A stretch of 64,000 nt of DNA from Neodothiora populina (lineage: Eukaryota). A model generated the notes under the pieces. That model saw only the letters and a program-made list of their open reading frames with translations, was not told the origin of the DNA and did no database searches. The stretch covers positions 930,001 to 994,000 of the forward strand of contig NW_027191406.1 in NCBI RefSeq assembly GCF_041146345.1, in the 5' to 3' direction. The translations under genes were made by a program, and so were the position numbers. Below, in pieces: positions 1 to 13,448 of the stretch (position 1 is its first letter; each line of letters begins with the position of its first letter).

Positions 1-333
1 TCTGCATGAGGGATTGTCTGTCAGCAACACGATCGCCGTCACCAGACTTCGGATCTACTTCATGGAGATGCGACGCCCACAACACACCTTGATCGCCTCG
101 GTCTCGGCATCGATACGCTGCACATCTTTGCTATCGCCCTTCTCACAAGCCGTTTTGCGCCTCCGTCCCAGCTTCTGCCTCTCGAAGCCCTTCGCAGTCT
201 TGAAAGCCCTGTTGAGCAGCTTGTAGCCTTGCTCCAACTTGTGTTCCACTCGGCGCTGTCGCATGCTCTTGCCCTGCTCCTCACCGCTCTCTGCGGCGGG
301 GCTCTCAGCTCCGTCTCTCTTGCGTTTGGGCAT
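1..333 (-). CDS. BUD22-like ribosome biogenesis/morphogenesis protein, 5' part only (runs off the window)
   Basis: Exon 333-88 reads MPKRKR...LNRAFKTAKGFERQKLGRRRK, resembling the fungal Bud22 N-terminus. It is followed by the donor AAG|GTGTGT at 87, a CTGAC branch near 24-20 and a CAG acceptor at 4-2. Confidence 0.65.
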
Positions 334-1597
334 GACAAAGAATGCGATCCGGTGGTCGCCGCTCGTGATCGATATACCGGCGGAGAAAAGTCAGAATGTG
401 CGTGTACTGTCCGATTACCTCAGGTACTGCAAATCCAAGTACTTTAGTCTTCTGGTAGAAAATCGCATTTAAGTTTTGACGCTTTGGCGGCATGCGCGTC
501 GGCCCGCCGGAGTGGTCAAGGCGGGGCCCGAGTATTTCCATAAGTTCGCCGAAGCTGTGTCGATTGGACCACATGCCTCCCCAGTCAAGTACACTATACT
601 CACTGGTCGCAAATTCTACTCACGCCCGTAGAGCCCGTCGAGCCCGTCGCATACGTTGCTTTCCACATGTCCCACCTCGCTCAGGGGTGCACTGGGACCC
701 CATGTTGGGTGCGAGATGGAGCTCTCGACGACTCGATTGGCTGCGCTGCGTGACCCCGGCCCTCGTAGGCGCGTAGGGTATCCCAGTACTGGGCCTTCAC
801 TCGAACTTCACTCGTCCCCCGCCGGAGACGATGCCGTTCATCGTCCACCAGGGAAATCAAATCCGACGTCAAAGGCTTCCTTTTGCCAGTAGAACGTCTG
901 AAGAAACACTGACGCAAGGTTCGGTGTGATTGTGCAAATGTGCAAAAGCAGGTGCACGATGCAACCATCCATGTTCTGCATGTCTTGTTGCCCCTGACAT
1001 GTCATGAAACCTGTGATTCCAACGGGCGTCAGCAGACAAAGAAGTCAGAGAAACATCAATCTTGCTAGAAGGTTTTGTGTTGTCATCAAAACCTCGAAAT
1101 TGCCCCCGGTTGGAGGTGTAGCAGGTTCGACTTGCTACGTCCCTCTCGGTATCTCCGCACTACGCTAAGTCACAAGGCCGGGGCCTGGTCATTAAGCCAG
1201 GAGTGCTGAGCTGCGAAAGAGGTAACGGTAGTAGATCTAGTAATACCTTAAAACACCGAAGGAATTACTCCTTCCTCTATCATTCTGTGGACTGGCAGGG
1301 ACGCCACGTGCGACGCCTCAAACAGCAGGTAGACAAACGACTTAGCGTCCACAGTGTCCGCGCTTTCCTCCTGACCTTCGTCCCCCATCTTACTCCACCT
1401 GTCACTTCTCACGTACCTCATGAAACATCTTTTCCTTTCCTTCCCTACGTAGCATTCCTCTTTGATATAAAAGCTGCCACCACGATCCTTGAACGTCCAA
1501 ACCACACTCCTTTGACTTGCCCCTGACATTCCTTCCCTCCATCCAATTCTCACTCCTTCCTTCTTATAATCTTTTTTCTACCACGTCTTCTGTGAAG

Positions 1598-2908
1598 ATG
1601 TACGCCTCATCTTTTCTCCTGGCTTTTTGCCTCGCCCTTGGTCTGGTCCAGGCGACCGTCTACAGCCTTGAGGATGACTACACCGATGACTTCTTCGGTA
1701 ACTTTGACTTCTTCACCGGCCCCGATCCCACCGAGGGTTGGGTCGACTTTCTCTCGTATGACGATGCGTCTGCTAGCGGGCTCATCAAGAGTACAAACCC
1801 CCCTTCTTGGGGCGTTGACAACAACAACGTCATCAGCCCAGACAACTCCGCAGGTCGTCCTTCAGTTCGTCTCACCAGCAAGAAGACCTACAACCAAGGC
1901 CTGTTCATCCTGGATCTTGCCCACATGCCTCACTCCGCGTGTGGAGTCTGGCCTGCATTCTGGACTTTCAGTCAGACTGCCCAATGGCCCGCTGGAGGTG
2001 AAATTGACATCATTGAATACACCAACCTTGGGATCAACGACCTGATGTCTCTGCACACCACCGATGGCTGTTCTATCGCCGGTGACTCCCAGTATATGAC
2101 CGGAGAGCTGGAGTCCAATGTCTGCGACGTAAGTGATGCTGCTCATTGATGGCCCTATAGACACGCGAACTGACATGCGCCCCCTATAGGTCAGTCAAGG
2201 AAGTGGCTGCAGCATCAATAACACTGATAGCACTTCTGCTGGCACTGGCTTCAACAAGGCCGGAGGTGGTGTTTATGCCATGGAGGTGAATTACTATTTT
2301 CAATTTCTCCTTGTTTTCGATTTGACTAATCATGTGCGCAGTGGACCCATGAACTAATCCAGATCTGGTACTTTGCAGCTGGCTCAGTCCCACCATCCAT
2401 CACAAACGGGCAGCCCGACACCGCCTTATTCGGCAAGGTAACTGCTTTGTTCCAAGGCACTTGCAACATTGACAACCACTTTTACGATCACGCTATGATT
2501 TTCGATTTGACCTTCTGTGGCGCCTGGGCCGGTGCAACCTTTGGTGATGACGGCTGTCAAGTCCTGTCTGGTTACGACTCGGAAAGCAGTTGCATCAATT
2601 ACGTTGGCAACAATCCCCATGCCTTTGACAATGCGTACTGGACCGTCAACTCACTCAAAGTCTACAAGGTCGGCTCAAACTCGCAAGCGTCTTCGCCGTC
2701 TTCGGGTACCTCTGCTGTGCCAGCCGCAAGTACAAGCTCTGTAGGTCTCACTTCGCAGAGTGCAGCGCTTGGTGTCAGCACCAGCATCTATGCACGATCT
2801 ACTTCTGCAGCTAGCACTACCACTTCAAGTGCCACTCCTACCTATTCTCACTACCACCACGGACCTCCCAGTCGTCGTCATGCTCACCGCAACCAGTACG
2901 ATTGGTAG
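1598..2908 (+). CDS. Secreted GH16 endo-1,3(4)-beta-glucanase with Ser/Thr-rich tail
   Basis: Signal peptide MYASSFLLAFCLALGLVQA, then DPTEGWV, GRPSVRL, CGVWPAFW, catalytic GEIDIIE and TFCGAWAG. Introns 2129-2189 and 2286-2341 join the frames. Confidence 0.92.
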
Positions 2909-5900
2909 ACGTCGTGATAGTTATGCTTGACCGGGCACATGACCATACAGTATCATCTTAAGCTGCGAACTTCATCAGGATATACTGGGTCAAGTGGAAT
3001 TGACCACTCATGCATGCAATCTTGGGGTCTTTTTGATTTTTTCTTGCTTCGGCTTAGATGATCATGTGGACGTGGGGTGGATACGATAGCTTTGCCTTTT
3101 TTTCCTCTTCTTTCTACCTTCATTTCATGTATCTTCTTCCTGTATCGTCATCAACACACAATGTTCACTTGGCTTCCTGGTTGGAGTCTTTGAATTGTGT
3201 CCATGATGGACGAGGTGGATTGACATGAGGATTGTGGCACATTTTTTCCTTTGTCTTCTTCACACTCCTTTCTCCTTCCCACCCCCTTTGCAGGTCTTAG
3301 GCTTTTTTTAACCTCTACCATTCTCTTATCGACCGGACAGGCTTCTTTCCTTCATCTACAACGCATCGCACTCGGTGGATTGGGCAATGGCGTACAATGT
3401 GGGGCATGGAATGAGATCGTCGTCCATGGATGCGGGCGCACATGAGACATGAATGAGATACAAACTACAGAATCATGGCATAGACAGGGGAAACCAGGGT
3501 ACTTTCTTGATTGCTTTTCAATTCGTGTCTTTTATTACAACTTTACAATGCAGAATGAGAATAGTGTTTTCTCTCTTGCTCGTCTGCATCAAATATTTTA
3601 CATTTCAGATTCGTGAAAATGCTGTTTACCTGACGTTTCGAGTGTGTGTTTGTTTGTTGTCCCTGTCTCTCATTTAGGTGAGGTAATCTAGAGCGTTTGT
3701 ATGATGGAACACATTACCAGGTACCAGGTATGCTAGACGGCCAGACTACCCTATTTTCCCATCAACATTCTTAGCGCTCACTTCCTTTCCATTACACGAA
3801 CTACCAAGATCGCTCATGTCAATTATCTTTTCATGTTTCACATATCACGAACAAGCTCCCCTTTCCCTCGTGCGCAACAAGATCCCTCGTCTACCAGATA
3901 ATCTAAAAGCAAGAACTAACCGCCAGCCCACTAACCACTTGTACATAATTCCCGTAAGCCGGGGATCGAGATCGGGAGTAAGTGCAGCGACGAGCAAAGA
4001 GCAAGGACATGGCCGGACGAAGACCCGTTTAGTCTGCTCGCCATCTTGCATGTGCAGGGCGGGCGGGCGTCGCGCTGCATTGCATTGCATTTGTCCCCAT
4101 CTCTCCCGCTCTCACTCTGTCGGTTTGTCGGTCTGTTGGTTCGTTGGTCTCAGTTCTGTTGTTCTTCAGGACTGCAGTTGCAGCAGGGTAGAGATGCTGC
4201 GGGGGAGGGGTGTGGTGTAGTGGGGGTTTCATAATTCCGTTTCGTTTTTTACTCGTCTTTTCTGCTTTCGATATCTGATTTATTGTATCTATGGTCAGGG
4301 TGAAGATTAGGATAGGATGGAGGTGTACGTAGCCCTTTCTGTCTTTATCTTTGGTTGATTCCTGGTTGTTCTTTTACTTCTCGGGAACAATCTTGTATAT
4401 TATCCGCCGAGAGAGATGGTAGGGTCTATGTATTCGCTCTATCAAAACCTCTCCCCTTCCTTCTACTTTTAATATTCTTTGTAATGAAGCTAGCGAGGCT
4501 CACAACAGCTACTCGATCTTAAGACTATGACCTACGCCTACTGAAGACCAACAATCAGCAGCCGAAGAACCAGAGCTAAGAAACACAACAAAGTATGATC
4601 CTCCAGAAGCAAACAGCTAACCCTCAACCCACTTGCCCTTGCCATCCTCCCTATCCCACAAACATAGAAAAAGGACTAAGACACCAAAAGAAGACCTGAA
4701 ACATCCCAAGCACCAACCTAGAATGAAGATGGCAGGCATGCATAGTCGTGTAGTATAGAGACCTTACAGTAGATATGCAGCACGACCGGGAAGGCCCCTG
4801 TTCCTCACTTTTAAGGTAAGGTATCTTAGCTACTCATAGACTCTTGCTCTACTATCTCCTTTTTCTTGCATGGCGTGCCATGAACCTCTATACGTCTCTT
4901 CGTCGAACCAACCGATCTCGAGAGATCTGGTTTTCTCTTTTTTTGCTGGTGGGCGCTTCGGTGCTGGAGCTTCTGTGTGGAGGATAAGTACTGTTAGAGA
5001 CCGGAGATGATGGTTGTAACGGAAGGCGGGCAAGAAGGAATTGTGACGTGTGTCTTTATTTGCGGTTCATGGTCTTTGGCAGACTTACTTGTACCCGCGA
5101 GTGTGAAGGGCTTCTTGTCACTGATATCATGTGTGAGTGAACGATAACTCATACACACCTTCGAAGCGAGGACCTGGTATCGATAAAGAAGAAAAAGTGC
5201 GATGGAGTCTAAAGCTACCTATGACTTATGACTACGAAACAAAGAATGTCGTATTACACATTCAGCTTCGAGCTGAAAAGAAAAAGGAGTTCACTCCAGA
5301 CACCGTCCCGTCCCTCTCTCGCCCATGCTTGACTACCTATATTCTCCCTCCTTCCCGCACTGATCCAGATTCTAGCTCTGATAGCAGAATCTGACAAGTA
5401 CATAGACACAGAAAACGCAGCCATAGAACCCGTGTCTCCTCTACTCCAGCTTGGTCCAGAGAAGCTTTTTGGTGCTCTGGCTTTTTGTTCATGCGACTGA
5501 GTATTCTTTCGTAGCTCTGAACTTCGACCCGCAAGAAGTTCTCGAATGGGACGAAGCAACGGAGCCGGATAGAAGTGGGAAGGAAGAAAGTAAAACCAAG
5601 CACAAAGAACTCCTGAAACAGAAAACGAAAAAGAAAAAGCATTCCTATGGGTATCCCTGAGCCGTAGCATCGCATGAATCCGCCGTGTGCCTTTTATCGA
5701 GGCACTCCATCATCGCACTTTTCATCACTCCACATCATCCAAATCTCGTACCGCCGTGATAATGCTTTGAGAGTACGATACTGGCAGCAGACATGGACAA
5801 AAGCAGTCGCGGGACTGTGATAGATGATACAAAGGAAACAACCAACTCAAGGTCCGACGAGCCGCTTGAGCCTCCTGAACGCAGGTGATTCTTTAGCCCT

Positions 5901-6011
5901 GCCGTGGCGTCCGAGTCTGCCTCGACGTCGCATGCCACGATCGGTAGTCTCAATGTTGGCTGCTTCTGCTGGTTGCGAAATGTTGGTTCTATCTGACTTC
6001 CCACGAAACGC

Positions 6012-8997
6012 CTAGTTCCCGGAAGCACCGCTTGGGGTGAGCCCCAGGTGCGCAGAAAAGCGGCCCAAGTCTTCAGCGGCACTGGGATCGGTTGTCAAGA
6101 TCGTCTTCATGCCTTGAAGGATATTTTCGGCAATCTCACCGCCACCGGCGCTTTGCAAAATGTGCTGGACAGTGGGCGCGTTGGCGAGCGGGCCTAGAAT
6201 ACGCGCCACGAGAGGGTTCGGGTGTGGGGGTGCGGCAGCGGTATAAGCGGCAAGGGGCGTGCCAGGGTACTGGGGTACGAGCGCAGGAGTATTCTGCGTA
6301 AGCGCACCGTATGGGTTAGGCGGGATAGCATTGCTGTTCGGGGTGCTGTAGGGAAAGCCGGTGGCTCCATTTGCGGTCTGTGGTGGCGCAGGCGAGAAGG
6401 CGGGCGCGGGCGGCTGACTGTTGATGGGCGATGCCACAGGGCCGTTGCGCAAGTGTGGCGGAATGCCATTTCCATTCTGTGCCACCTGGGCGTCTAGCGG
6501 AATGGGCGCGGTCGAAGGGTTATCCCAGTGAGCCGGCTTGTTGACGACAAAGGTGACGAGCAAGATACGATCTGGAATGGAGGCATCGAGCGAACTGTGT
6601 TCGAGGAGACCAATGTGTGGAGGCAGGGGGCCTCCCTTTTCAACGGGACTTATGTAGACATCTTTGACAATCTCGCTCATGCCATGGCCCTTCCTGATGA
6701 CGGCGTAGCGTGAACGACTGGCAAAGTAGTCGAAGATCTGGTCGAAAGCTGGGCGGTTGTTGTACGGGGACAGTGCCAACACAGCAACGTCGGACTTTCT
6801 GGACCATTGTAGTCCACATAGATAGTCATCAGCGCGACGAGCCTCCAGGCGTCCCTCGATCTCAAGGGCTCTTGGCAGAAATTGAGTCCATGGCATGTAT
6901 CTGCCAAAGTCGTTGCCGGCAACAAAGCGACCAGTAGTAGTTAGTTGCGTGACACCGGGCTGCACCAGCTCGCCACGCCAGACGGCACCATCCGACAGGC
7001 CCAACTCAGCAGGGTTATATTCCTCGTCGTCGTTGTCATCATCAGCAAGTAAGCGGTCTACGTCAGCGTCGACCTTTTCTCCTTTCTCCTGCTGTGCCTG
7101 CCTCTGTATAGAGCTACGACGTCTCGACGGCTGTTGAGTGGGCCGGGCATCAGGACCTTGTTCACCATCAGCAGTATGCTGTGTCTTGGCCCAAATGCCG
7201 CCAATATCAAATTGCTGTGATGAAGTGCGTCGACTGTGGCCGCCCTCTGGCTTGTCAACGTCCATGGCATCGGAAGCAGAGGCGGCGGAAGCATTTTGAG
7301 CAGCGGTCGGGCTGCCGGATTTGGGAGCTTCGGCATCAGACTCGCGGTGTCTGACGGGCCTCGAGGCAAAGACAGACTGCTCGGCTGTTTGGTTGGTAGA
7401 TTCGTCGTCGACGTACTCGTCGCCTTTGTGTGTGCGTCTCATTCGAGGCTTCTCGTCTTCCTGCACCATGACCGACTGCTTCTCGACTTCCTCCTTGAGC
7501 GCGGCGCGCTTCTTCTGCTCCTCTTCGCTTGCCATGTCTTCTGGCTTCATGACCGCCAGCTCATCAGCGGTGAGGTCCGACTTGAGCAGTCGCTCGATCA
7601 GCATGTTGTTTCGCTTGAGATTGGGAAGCAGAGCGCGGAACTGGGTTGAATAGCTCTCGGTGAGCTTGGGACCATGGTTCATGTACAAGGCATATTCGAT
7701 GCGTGAAGCGTGATGTCTGCCAAGTGAAGTTGCCGTGTGACCGTCGGGAATGCGATAGGAGGCAGCCTTGACTCTACTGTTGATATCGTCGGTGATGACC
7801 TTACTCAACGCCTCGGCGGCCTTCTTTCTTTCCAGCGGCAGTTGGTCAATCTCGACAAGTGCAGTTTCCGGGTCGGGTTTCTTAGGGCCGTCGACTGCGG
7901 GAGCGCTGGATTTCCGTCTCTTCTCCGCTCTCTTGGTTTCTGAAGACGAGGCGCGTCTGGTCGAAGCAGTCGTTTCAGTAGCAGTAGTAGTAGTAGTAGT
8001 AGAGGCGGCGGCGGCGGCGGCGGCGGCGGCGGGCGTAGGTGTTGGTGCAGGAGCTGACGATTCGTGCGTGGCCCTCTCCTCCGACTTGGCAGCAGCCGGT
8101 GGAGCATCTTCTTCCTTGACCTCGTCCTCCTCGAACTTCCTCTTGGTTCCCGACTCTTTGCCTTTGGAAGCTGCAGCTGGTGTCGTCGAAGGCGCGGGTG
8201 TGGGCGTAGCGGCGGCTGGAGGCTGGGATGCCGCAGTGGATGCCGGAGCAGGACTGGAAGAGACGGCGTGGGCGGCAGCGTCTGACTTGAGCTCGCTCGC
8301 TGTACTCTGGCGGTCCCCCGTCTTCCTTCGGCCCTTGCCCTTCTTCTTCGCATTGCGCCAGGCACGCAGTCTATCCTCCCACGGCTTCTCGCCCCGGGCC
8401 ATGGCGGCCAAGAGGTCCTTGTGGTCGTCTGGGGAACATTGTTCACAGAGGTAGTTGTCGGGCAACAGGTCGGCGTCTAAGGGCAGGTTCAGGCAGATGT
8501 TATGCTGCCATACTTGGCACGCATCGCATTGGACATAGTCTGGAGGTCCTTTCTCAGACGTGTCTCCGCACACACAGCGCACTCTCTCCTCTTCCTCGTC
8601 GTCGTCGTCGTCGTCCTCTTCCTCGTCTTCGCCCTCTTCTTCAGCTTCGGCTTCGGGCTCTGGCTCTGGCTCTGGCTCTGCAGACTTCTTTGCCGACTTT
8701 TTACTAGCTGACGCCGCCGGTGTTGCGGCCTTTTTGCCGGGCTTTGGTGTTTCTTCACCGTCTAGGTTCTTGTGTTGTCCCTTGGTCGCACGACCAGAAC
8801 GACGAGGTTCGTCTGCTGCTGATGCTAGAAGGAGAAAGTAGATGGTCAGTTCTATGCGCTATGATTGGCTGCTCCTCTGCAGGCATTCAACCCGAGGCCT
8901 TGTGGCATTGCAGATGAAACGGAATCCCAAACGTGGGTGGTGGAGATGAATGAATGATGGTCGTGATGATGATGATAATGTGATGCTTACCGGCCAT
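6012..8997 (-). CDS. BYE1: BYE1-like transcription factor (PHD finger, TFIIS central domain, SPOC domain)
   Basis: PHD finger CVCG...QCDAC...WQHNIC...YLCEQC; TFIIS-M segment FRALLPNLKRN...LAVMKPEDMAS; SPOC-like WRG...IEGRL...YFASRSRY. A 7-nt first exon ATGGCCG (8997-8991) with a GTAAGC donor gives MA..DEPRRSGRATKGQH. Confidence 0.88.
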
Positions 8998-10135
8998 GAT
9001 ATTTCTGATGCTCCCCCGAATGTCACGTTGATGCGGCAATCGACAAGATACAACAGGTTCAAAACACAGCAAGTCACGCGTGTAGTTACTTCTACTATGT
9101 GTACAAGCGCAAGGCAGGTACAGGACTCGCCGCGGAACGATGAGGCAGACACTTCAACAAGTGATACGGCCAAAACAACAGTTGACGAGAAGGGCCGTCT
9201 CTTAATCCAGGACTATGCTAAACTCCCAACCGATATCCTCCACCCTGCTTCTGCTTGAAAGAAAGCTGGGTCGCGTCGCGTTTCCAGCACCAAGCCGAGG
9301 GCAGCTTTTGAAGTCAAAGATGCTGCCGCTGGGTTCGCGATGGCGTGCGATCCGACGGCGGCGGTGACTGTAAAGCACGAGAGATATATGCTGCACAGAG
9401 CGATGGTTAGTTGTCAAGGGTTGACAGCTGGAGTGCTGTGCGCCGTCCGCGCGGGAAAGGCAGGAAAAGACAAGCTTGACGCGATGAACGCGCTGTGTCG
9501 TGGGTGTTTAGCAATCCACGTTTCTCGAGATGGAAAAGTAATGTGTAGCAGATGGACCGACAGCACGCGTGTCGAGATCAGAACGCGATCGCAGTCAATC
9601 GACAGGGAAAAGGTGGGAGAGATGGCGGCTTGATAACTTCGTATCTGCAGAGAAGAATGGGCAGGTGAGGGGAAAGCAAGCTCGTATGAGTAACGCGAGA
9701 GTGGAAGGTGCAAACGGAGGCAAACGCCCGGATGCCAAGACTATGCATAGAGAATCGCTGTTTCCTGACAGTAAGGTAATTGTCAGCCTGTGCGCAGCAT
9801 AAGTGGTGTGTAAATGCATAAAATGGTCATAAGTCATATCATGCATTAAATCCAGCTCCCAAACGCCAGGGAACCTTGGAGTCGAGTACACAGAAAAGGT
9901 ACAGGCACTGAACCCGCTTCTCCGTTTGCGCCTTCCGCATGTGACGTGACGCAAGGGCGCAACGCAGTGTACAGGGGTGGAAGGAAGTCTGGAGCGGCTT
10001 CTTCTTCTGGAGCAAAAGTCATAAACCAACACACTTTGAAGCAAAGAAATCACGGCACTCTGCTATATTCCAAGTATCCAAGGCTTCTCTATGATTGCAC
10101 TCGTCTGAGTACAAGCGTCAAAATCACCTACAGCC

Positions 10136-10999
10136 ATGGCCGACGTCCGATCACTCTTGCGCAACGAGCGCGCTTCTCGTCGCATAAACCATCCCCATGC
10201 TTCATATACAGAATCTGGGAAACTACTATGTACGGTCTGCGCATTACAAATAAAGACGGAATCACTGTGGGAAAGTCATATCAAGTCACCGCAACATGCT
10301 CTGCGTCTTCAACAGATGCGTGACAAGGCTCCCCCGAGCAAGAAGCGCAAGGCTGGAGACTCCGAGGATGACACCAGGAAACGAGTAAAAGCTGTGCCTG
10401 GCGACTCTTTCGATGATTCTGGACCTCAGGATATTGTCGACGACGAGGTGGATATGCTGCCACCTGCGGATGCATCTGTGGTGGAGGACCTGAGAACAGA
10501 CACGACATCACAATTGCCCGGCCACAGCACAGCCCAGCCTGTCCCTGTCCAGCCGGTTTCTGTCGATGAAGACGAATGGGCAGCGTTCGAACGAGATCTC
10601 GCAGCTGCTCCAACTCCTGCTGTTCCCACAGTCAGCGCTTCAGCAGTGATCAGTGCTGCTCCCTTGACAGCTGAGGACATTGCGGCTCAAGCGCGCCAAG
10701 ATCAGAGCGTCGAGAAGGGCAGGCGAGAAGCTGAAATCGAAGCAGAGAGAGAGGATGCGGCGAACGCTCTGCAAGACGAATTTGATGAAATGGAAGAATT
10801 GGAAGATCGCGTGAGGAGGTTACGCGAGAAGAGAGAGGCGCTGCGCAAGGCGCGAGAAGCAGAGGATGAGATTCTGCCCGATATAGTAGACGATGCGCCC
10901 AAGTCGTATGTTGCTGCAGCGCAAGATTCATCACTGGGCGATGAAGACGAGGAGGATGAAGAAGACGAGTTTGACGACTGGAACTTCGGGGCCAATTGA
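10136..10999 (+). CDS. ZNF830/CCDC16-like zinc-finger coiled-coil nuclear protein
   Basis: Intronless 287-aa ORF with CTVC...WESHIKSPQH (U1-type C2H2 finger), VDEDEWAAFERD motif, a coiled coil and an acidic DDW end. Confidence 0.8.
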   Translation: MADVRSLLRNERASRRINHPHASYTESGKLLCTVCALQIKTESLWESHIKSPQHALRLQQMRDKAPPSKKRKAGDSEDDTRKRVKAVPGDSFDDSGPQDIVDDEVDMLPPADASVVEDLRTDTTSQLPGHSTAQPVPVQPVSVDEDEWAAFERDLAAAPTPAVPTVSASAVISAAPLTAEDIAAQARQDQSVEKGRREAEIEAEREDAANALQDEFDEMEELEDRVRRLREKREALRKAREAEDEILPDIVDDAPKSYVAAAQDSSLGDEDEEDEEDEFDDWNFGAN

Positions 11000-11531
11000 G
11001 GAAAGAAGAAAACAAAAGAAACGCTATGACTTTCGAAACTATGATACCCGGGTTTAGCTATGCCTCAAAAGGCCTTTTTTTAATCTACGTCCGCAAGCAT
11101 ACCGGGTATTGATCTTGGTGCTGCATGAGAGCATGTCCTCCATGTCTGTGTTCATGTTACTCATGTCCCGAAACACCACCTTCTGCTTGCCAAGCCGTGC
11201 GGAGGTTGATACCATCAGATGTGGAATGTGGACCAAAGTACACCTTGCATTACCTCCGATACGGACAGTAAGTTTCCAGAACCAAGCAAGTCATCTCCTG
11301 TCCACGCTTTGTTGACCTCGTCTCCTCTTCTTCGTTGTTGTTTTGCACCACTGTCGTTCATCTTGTGGCAGGTCACACCAAGAAATGAGCACGATTCGAT
11401 GAGCATTTCTTTTGTTTCCCTGATCAACTCCCGTGGGCCAAGGGGGATATCTTCGAGCCCCTTATTCTCTTCTTTTCTTCCCTTTGCTCTACGTGCTCCT
11501 CGCAGTGGCGTCAGCCTGAACGACCAATGCG

Positions 11532-13068
11532 ATGCGACCTTCCTGGCCTACAGTGCTTCTGTTTGCCTGGCCAATGTCATCGGTTTCCGCACACAGCAAC
11601 GCAGAATTTACACTAGGCACTCCTCGGCGACCAAGGATCGTCAGCAAGCCCTGTGTCAACAGAGTCACGAGCAACGTGCTCTCGCTGAAAAGAAGCGAAG
11701 ACGCGAGATCGCAGAGCTTTGAGTATCTCAGTGCGGTGAGGCACGAGGATCATGTCGATGGGGTTTATTCGCGGTCACAGGTTAGCCGTTACTCATCTTA
11801 GGCTGTATACATATTGTGCCATCTATCATTCACTAACGACGATCCTGTCGGTTCGACTCAAGCAGACGCACAATTCTTCGCTCCTCGCTGTCCAAGGTGG
11901 CAGTGTCTTCCTAGCCCCCATGACGGCGGGCAACCAATCTTTCAATGTAGTGGTAGACACCGGAAGCAGCGACACCTGGCTGATCGCCAACCAGTAAACA
12001 TGTGTCTCCGCTAATGGAACCACACAGGCCCAAGCAACCTGTCGTTTCGGACCAAGCTACAACCTCTCCGCAACGGCCCACATACTCCCGGACCAAAACT
12101 TCAATATCAGCTATGCGGATAATGAACTGCTCAACGGAGCCATGATGACCGAGAACGTAAGCATGGCAGGAATAGAAGTGTCCCAGCAAGAAATGGGAAT
12201 TGTCGACTACGCATGCTGGCACGGCGACACGCTGTCCTCGGGTCTCATCGGGCTCGCCTACCCCCTGCTCACAGACGCCTACAGCGGGCAAGATCCCAGA
12301 TCCGACAGTCCAGACACCAGACGACACTACGACCCGCTATTTACCACGATGCAAAAGCGCGGACTCGTCTCGTCGCCAGTCTTCAGTCTCGCTCTGCAAC
12401 GCGCTTCGTCGCCGACCGCCTTGACTGCTGTGGGAGGCCTGCTGGCTCTGGACGGGCTGCCGTCTATTCCGTACGGTGCAGTCTTCGTTTCGGCGCCTGT
12501 GGCTGTCACGGGCGTGGATTCGCTGACTGGCGAGACCCAGCATCTTTTTTATCCCGTGTCCATCTCCGGCTGGGCCATGTCGCGCGACAGAGCTGTCATT
12601 TTCGACGTCAGAGGCACGGGGAACGAGCGGTATACGCCTATCGTGCCCGCTGGAGAAACAGAAGATGAAAATAATGATGATGGCGATGCGGATCTCGTTG
12701 TCATCGACAGTGGAACCACGCTTATCTACGCGCAGGATGATATCGTCGCTGCTCTCGCGGCGCTGTATGACCCTCCTGCGCGACTGCAGCAAGAGCAGTA
12801 TGGTCTATACACTGTCGACTGCGCTGCTCATGCCCCTGTCTTCGGAGTCGTGATTCAGGGAAAATTGATTTACATTAATGAAGGCGATCTTGTGCTACCG
12901 ATCAGTGGTGGTGGTGGCGTTGACAGCGTTTGTGCAATGGGTGTGCAGAGAATGGGCCAGGGTAGGACGATTCTGGGAGATGTGTTTCTGAGGAACGTCA
13001 TTGCTGTGTTTAACATTGAGGCTGGCGAAGTCAGGTTTGCTGCTAGGCAGTTTACTGGTGCTGGCTAG
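11532..13068 (+). pseudogene. Secreted pepsin-family (A1) aspartic protease interrupted by an in-frame TAA at 11995-11997 (pseudogene or base error)
   Basis: Signal peptide, intron 11781-11865, both catalytic motifs (VVDTGSSDTW, VIDSGTT), SGLIGLAY and ILGDVFLRN are present. The two catalytic halves are in the same frame, separated by one stop codon. Confidence 0.7.
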
Positions 13069-13448
13069 TGTGTCATGAGACTCGATTACACATGCCAAGG
13101 AATCAAGCTCATGGGGCAGAAGTGTTTAACCGTGAATACTCATGTTTTTATCTCAGGCAACCGCATTTGGTCATCATCTATTTGATCAACATTATTCCGC
13201 GCGAATTACTGAAGACTGAAGGTTTCGGTAATCGGTTGATTCAATGTAAGAACACGCACCATATGCACTCATCATAATCCTATGTCGTGTAATCACAGGG
13301 AGGAGACAGAAAATGGAGTGTAGAGAAAAGTAACAGTTCGTCATATTCTGTAATATCATACATTATATTAACCTCCCATAGCTGTCATAACCTCCGATAT
13401 CAGGGCATCGAGATACCAAGACGTAAATTATCACAACATGCTCCCAGT

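Noticed and set aside
624..649. GCCCGT(A/C)GA x3 repeat upstream of the BUD22-like gene
   Set aside because: Very short tandem repeat with no spacers and no support for function.
4480..4760. Intron-like GTATGA...GCTAAC...TAG with flanking open frame
   Set aside because: No in-frame start codon, a long branch-to-acceptor distance and no recognisable product.
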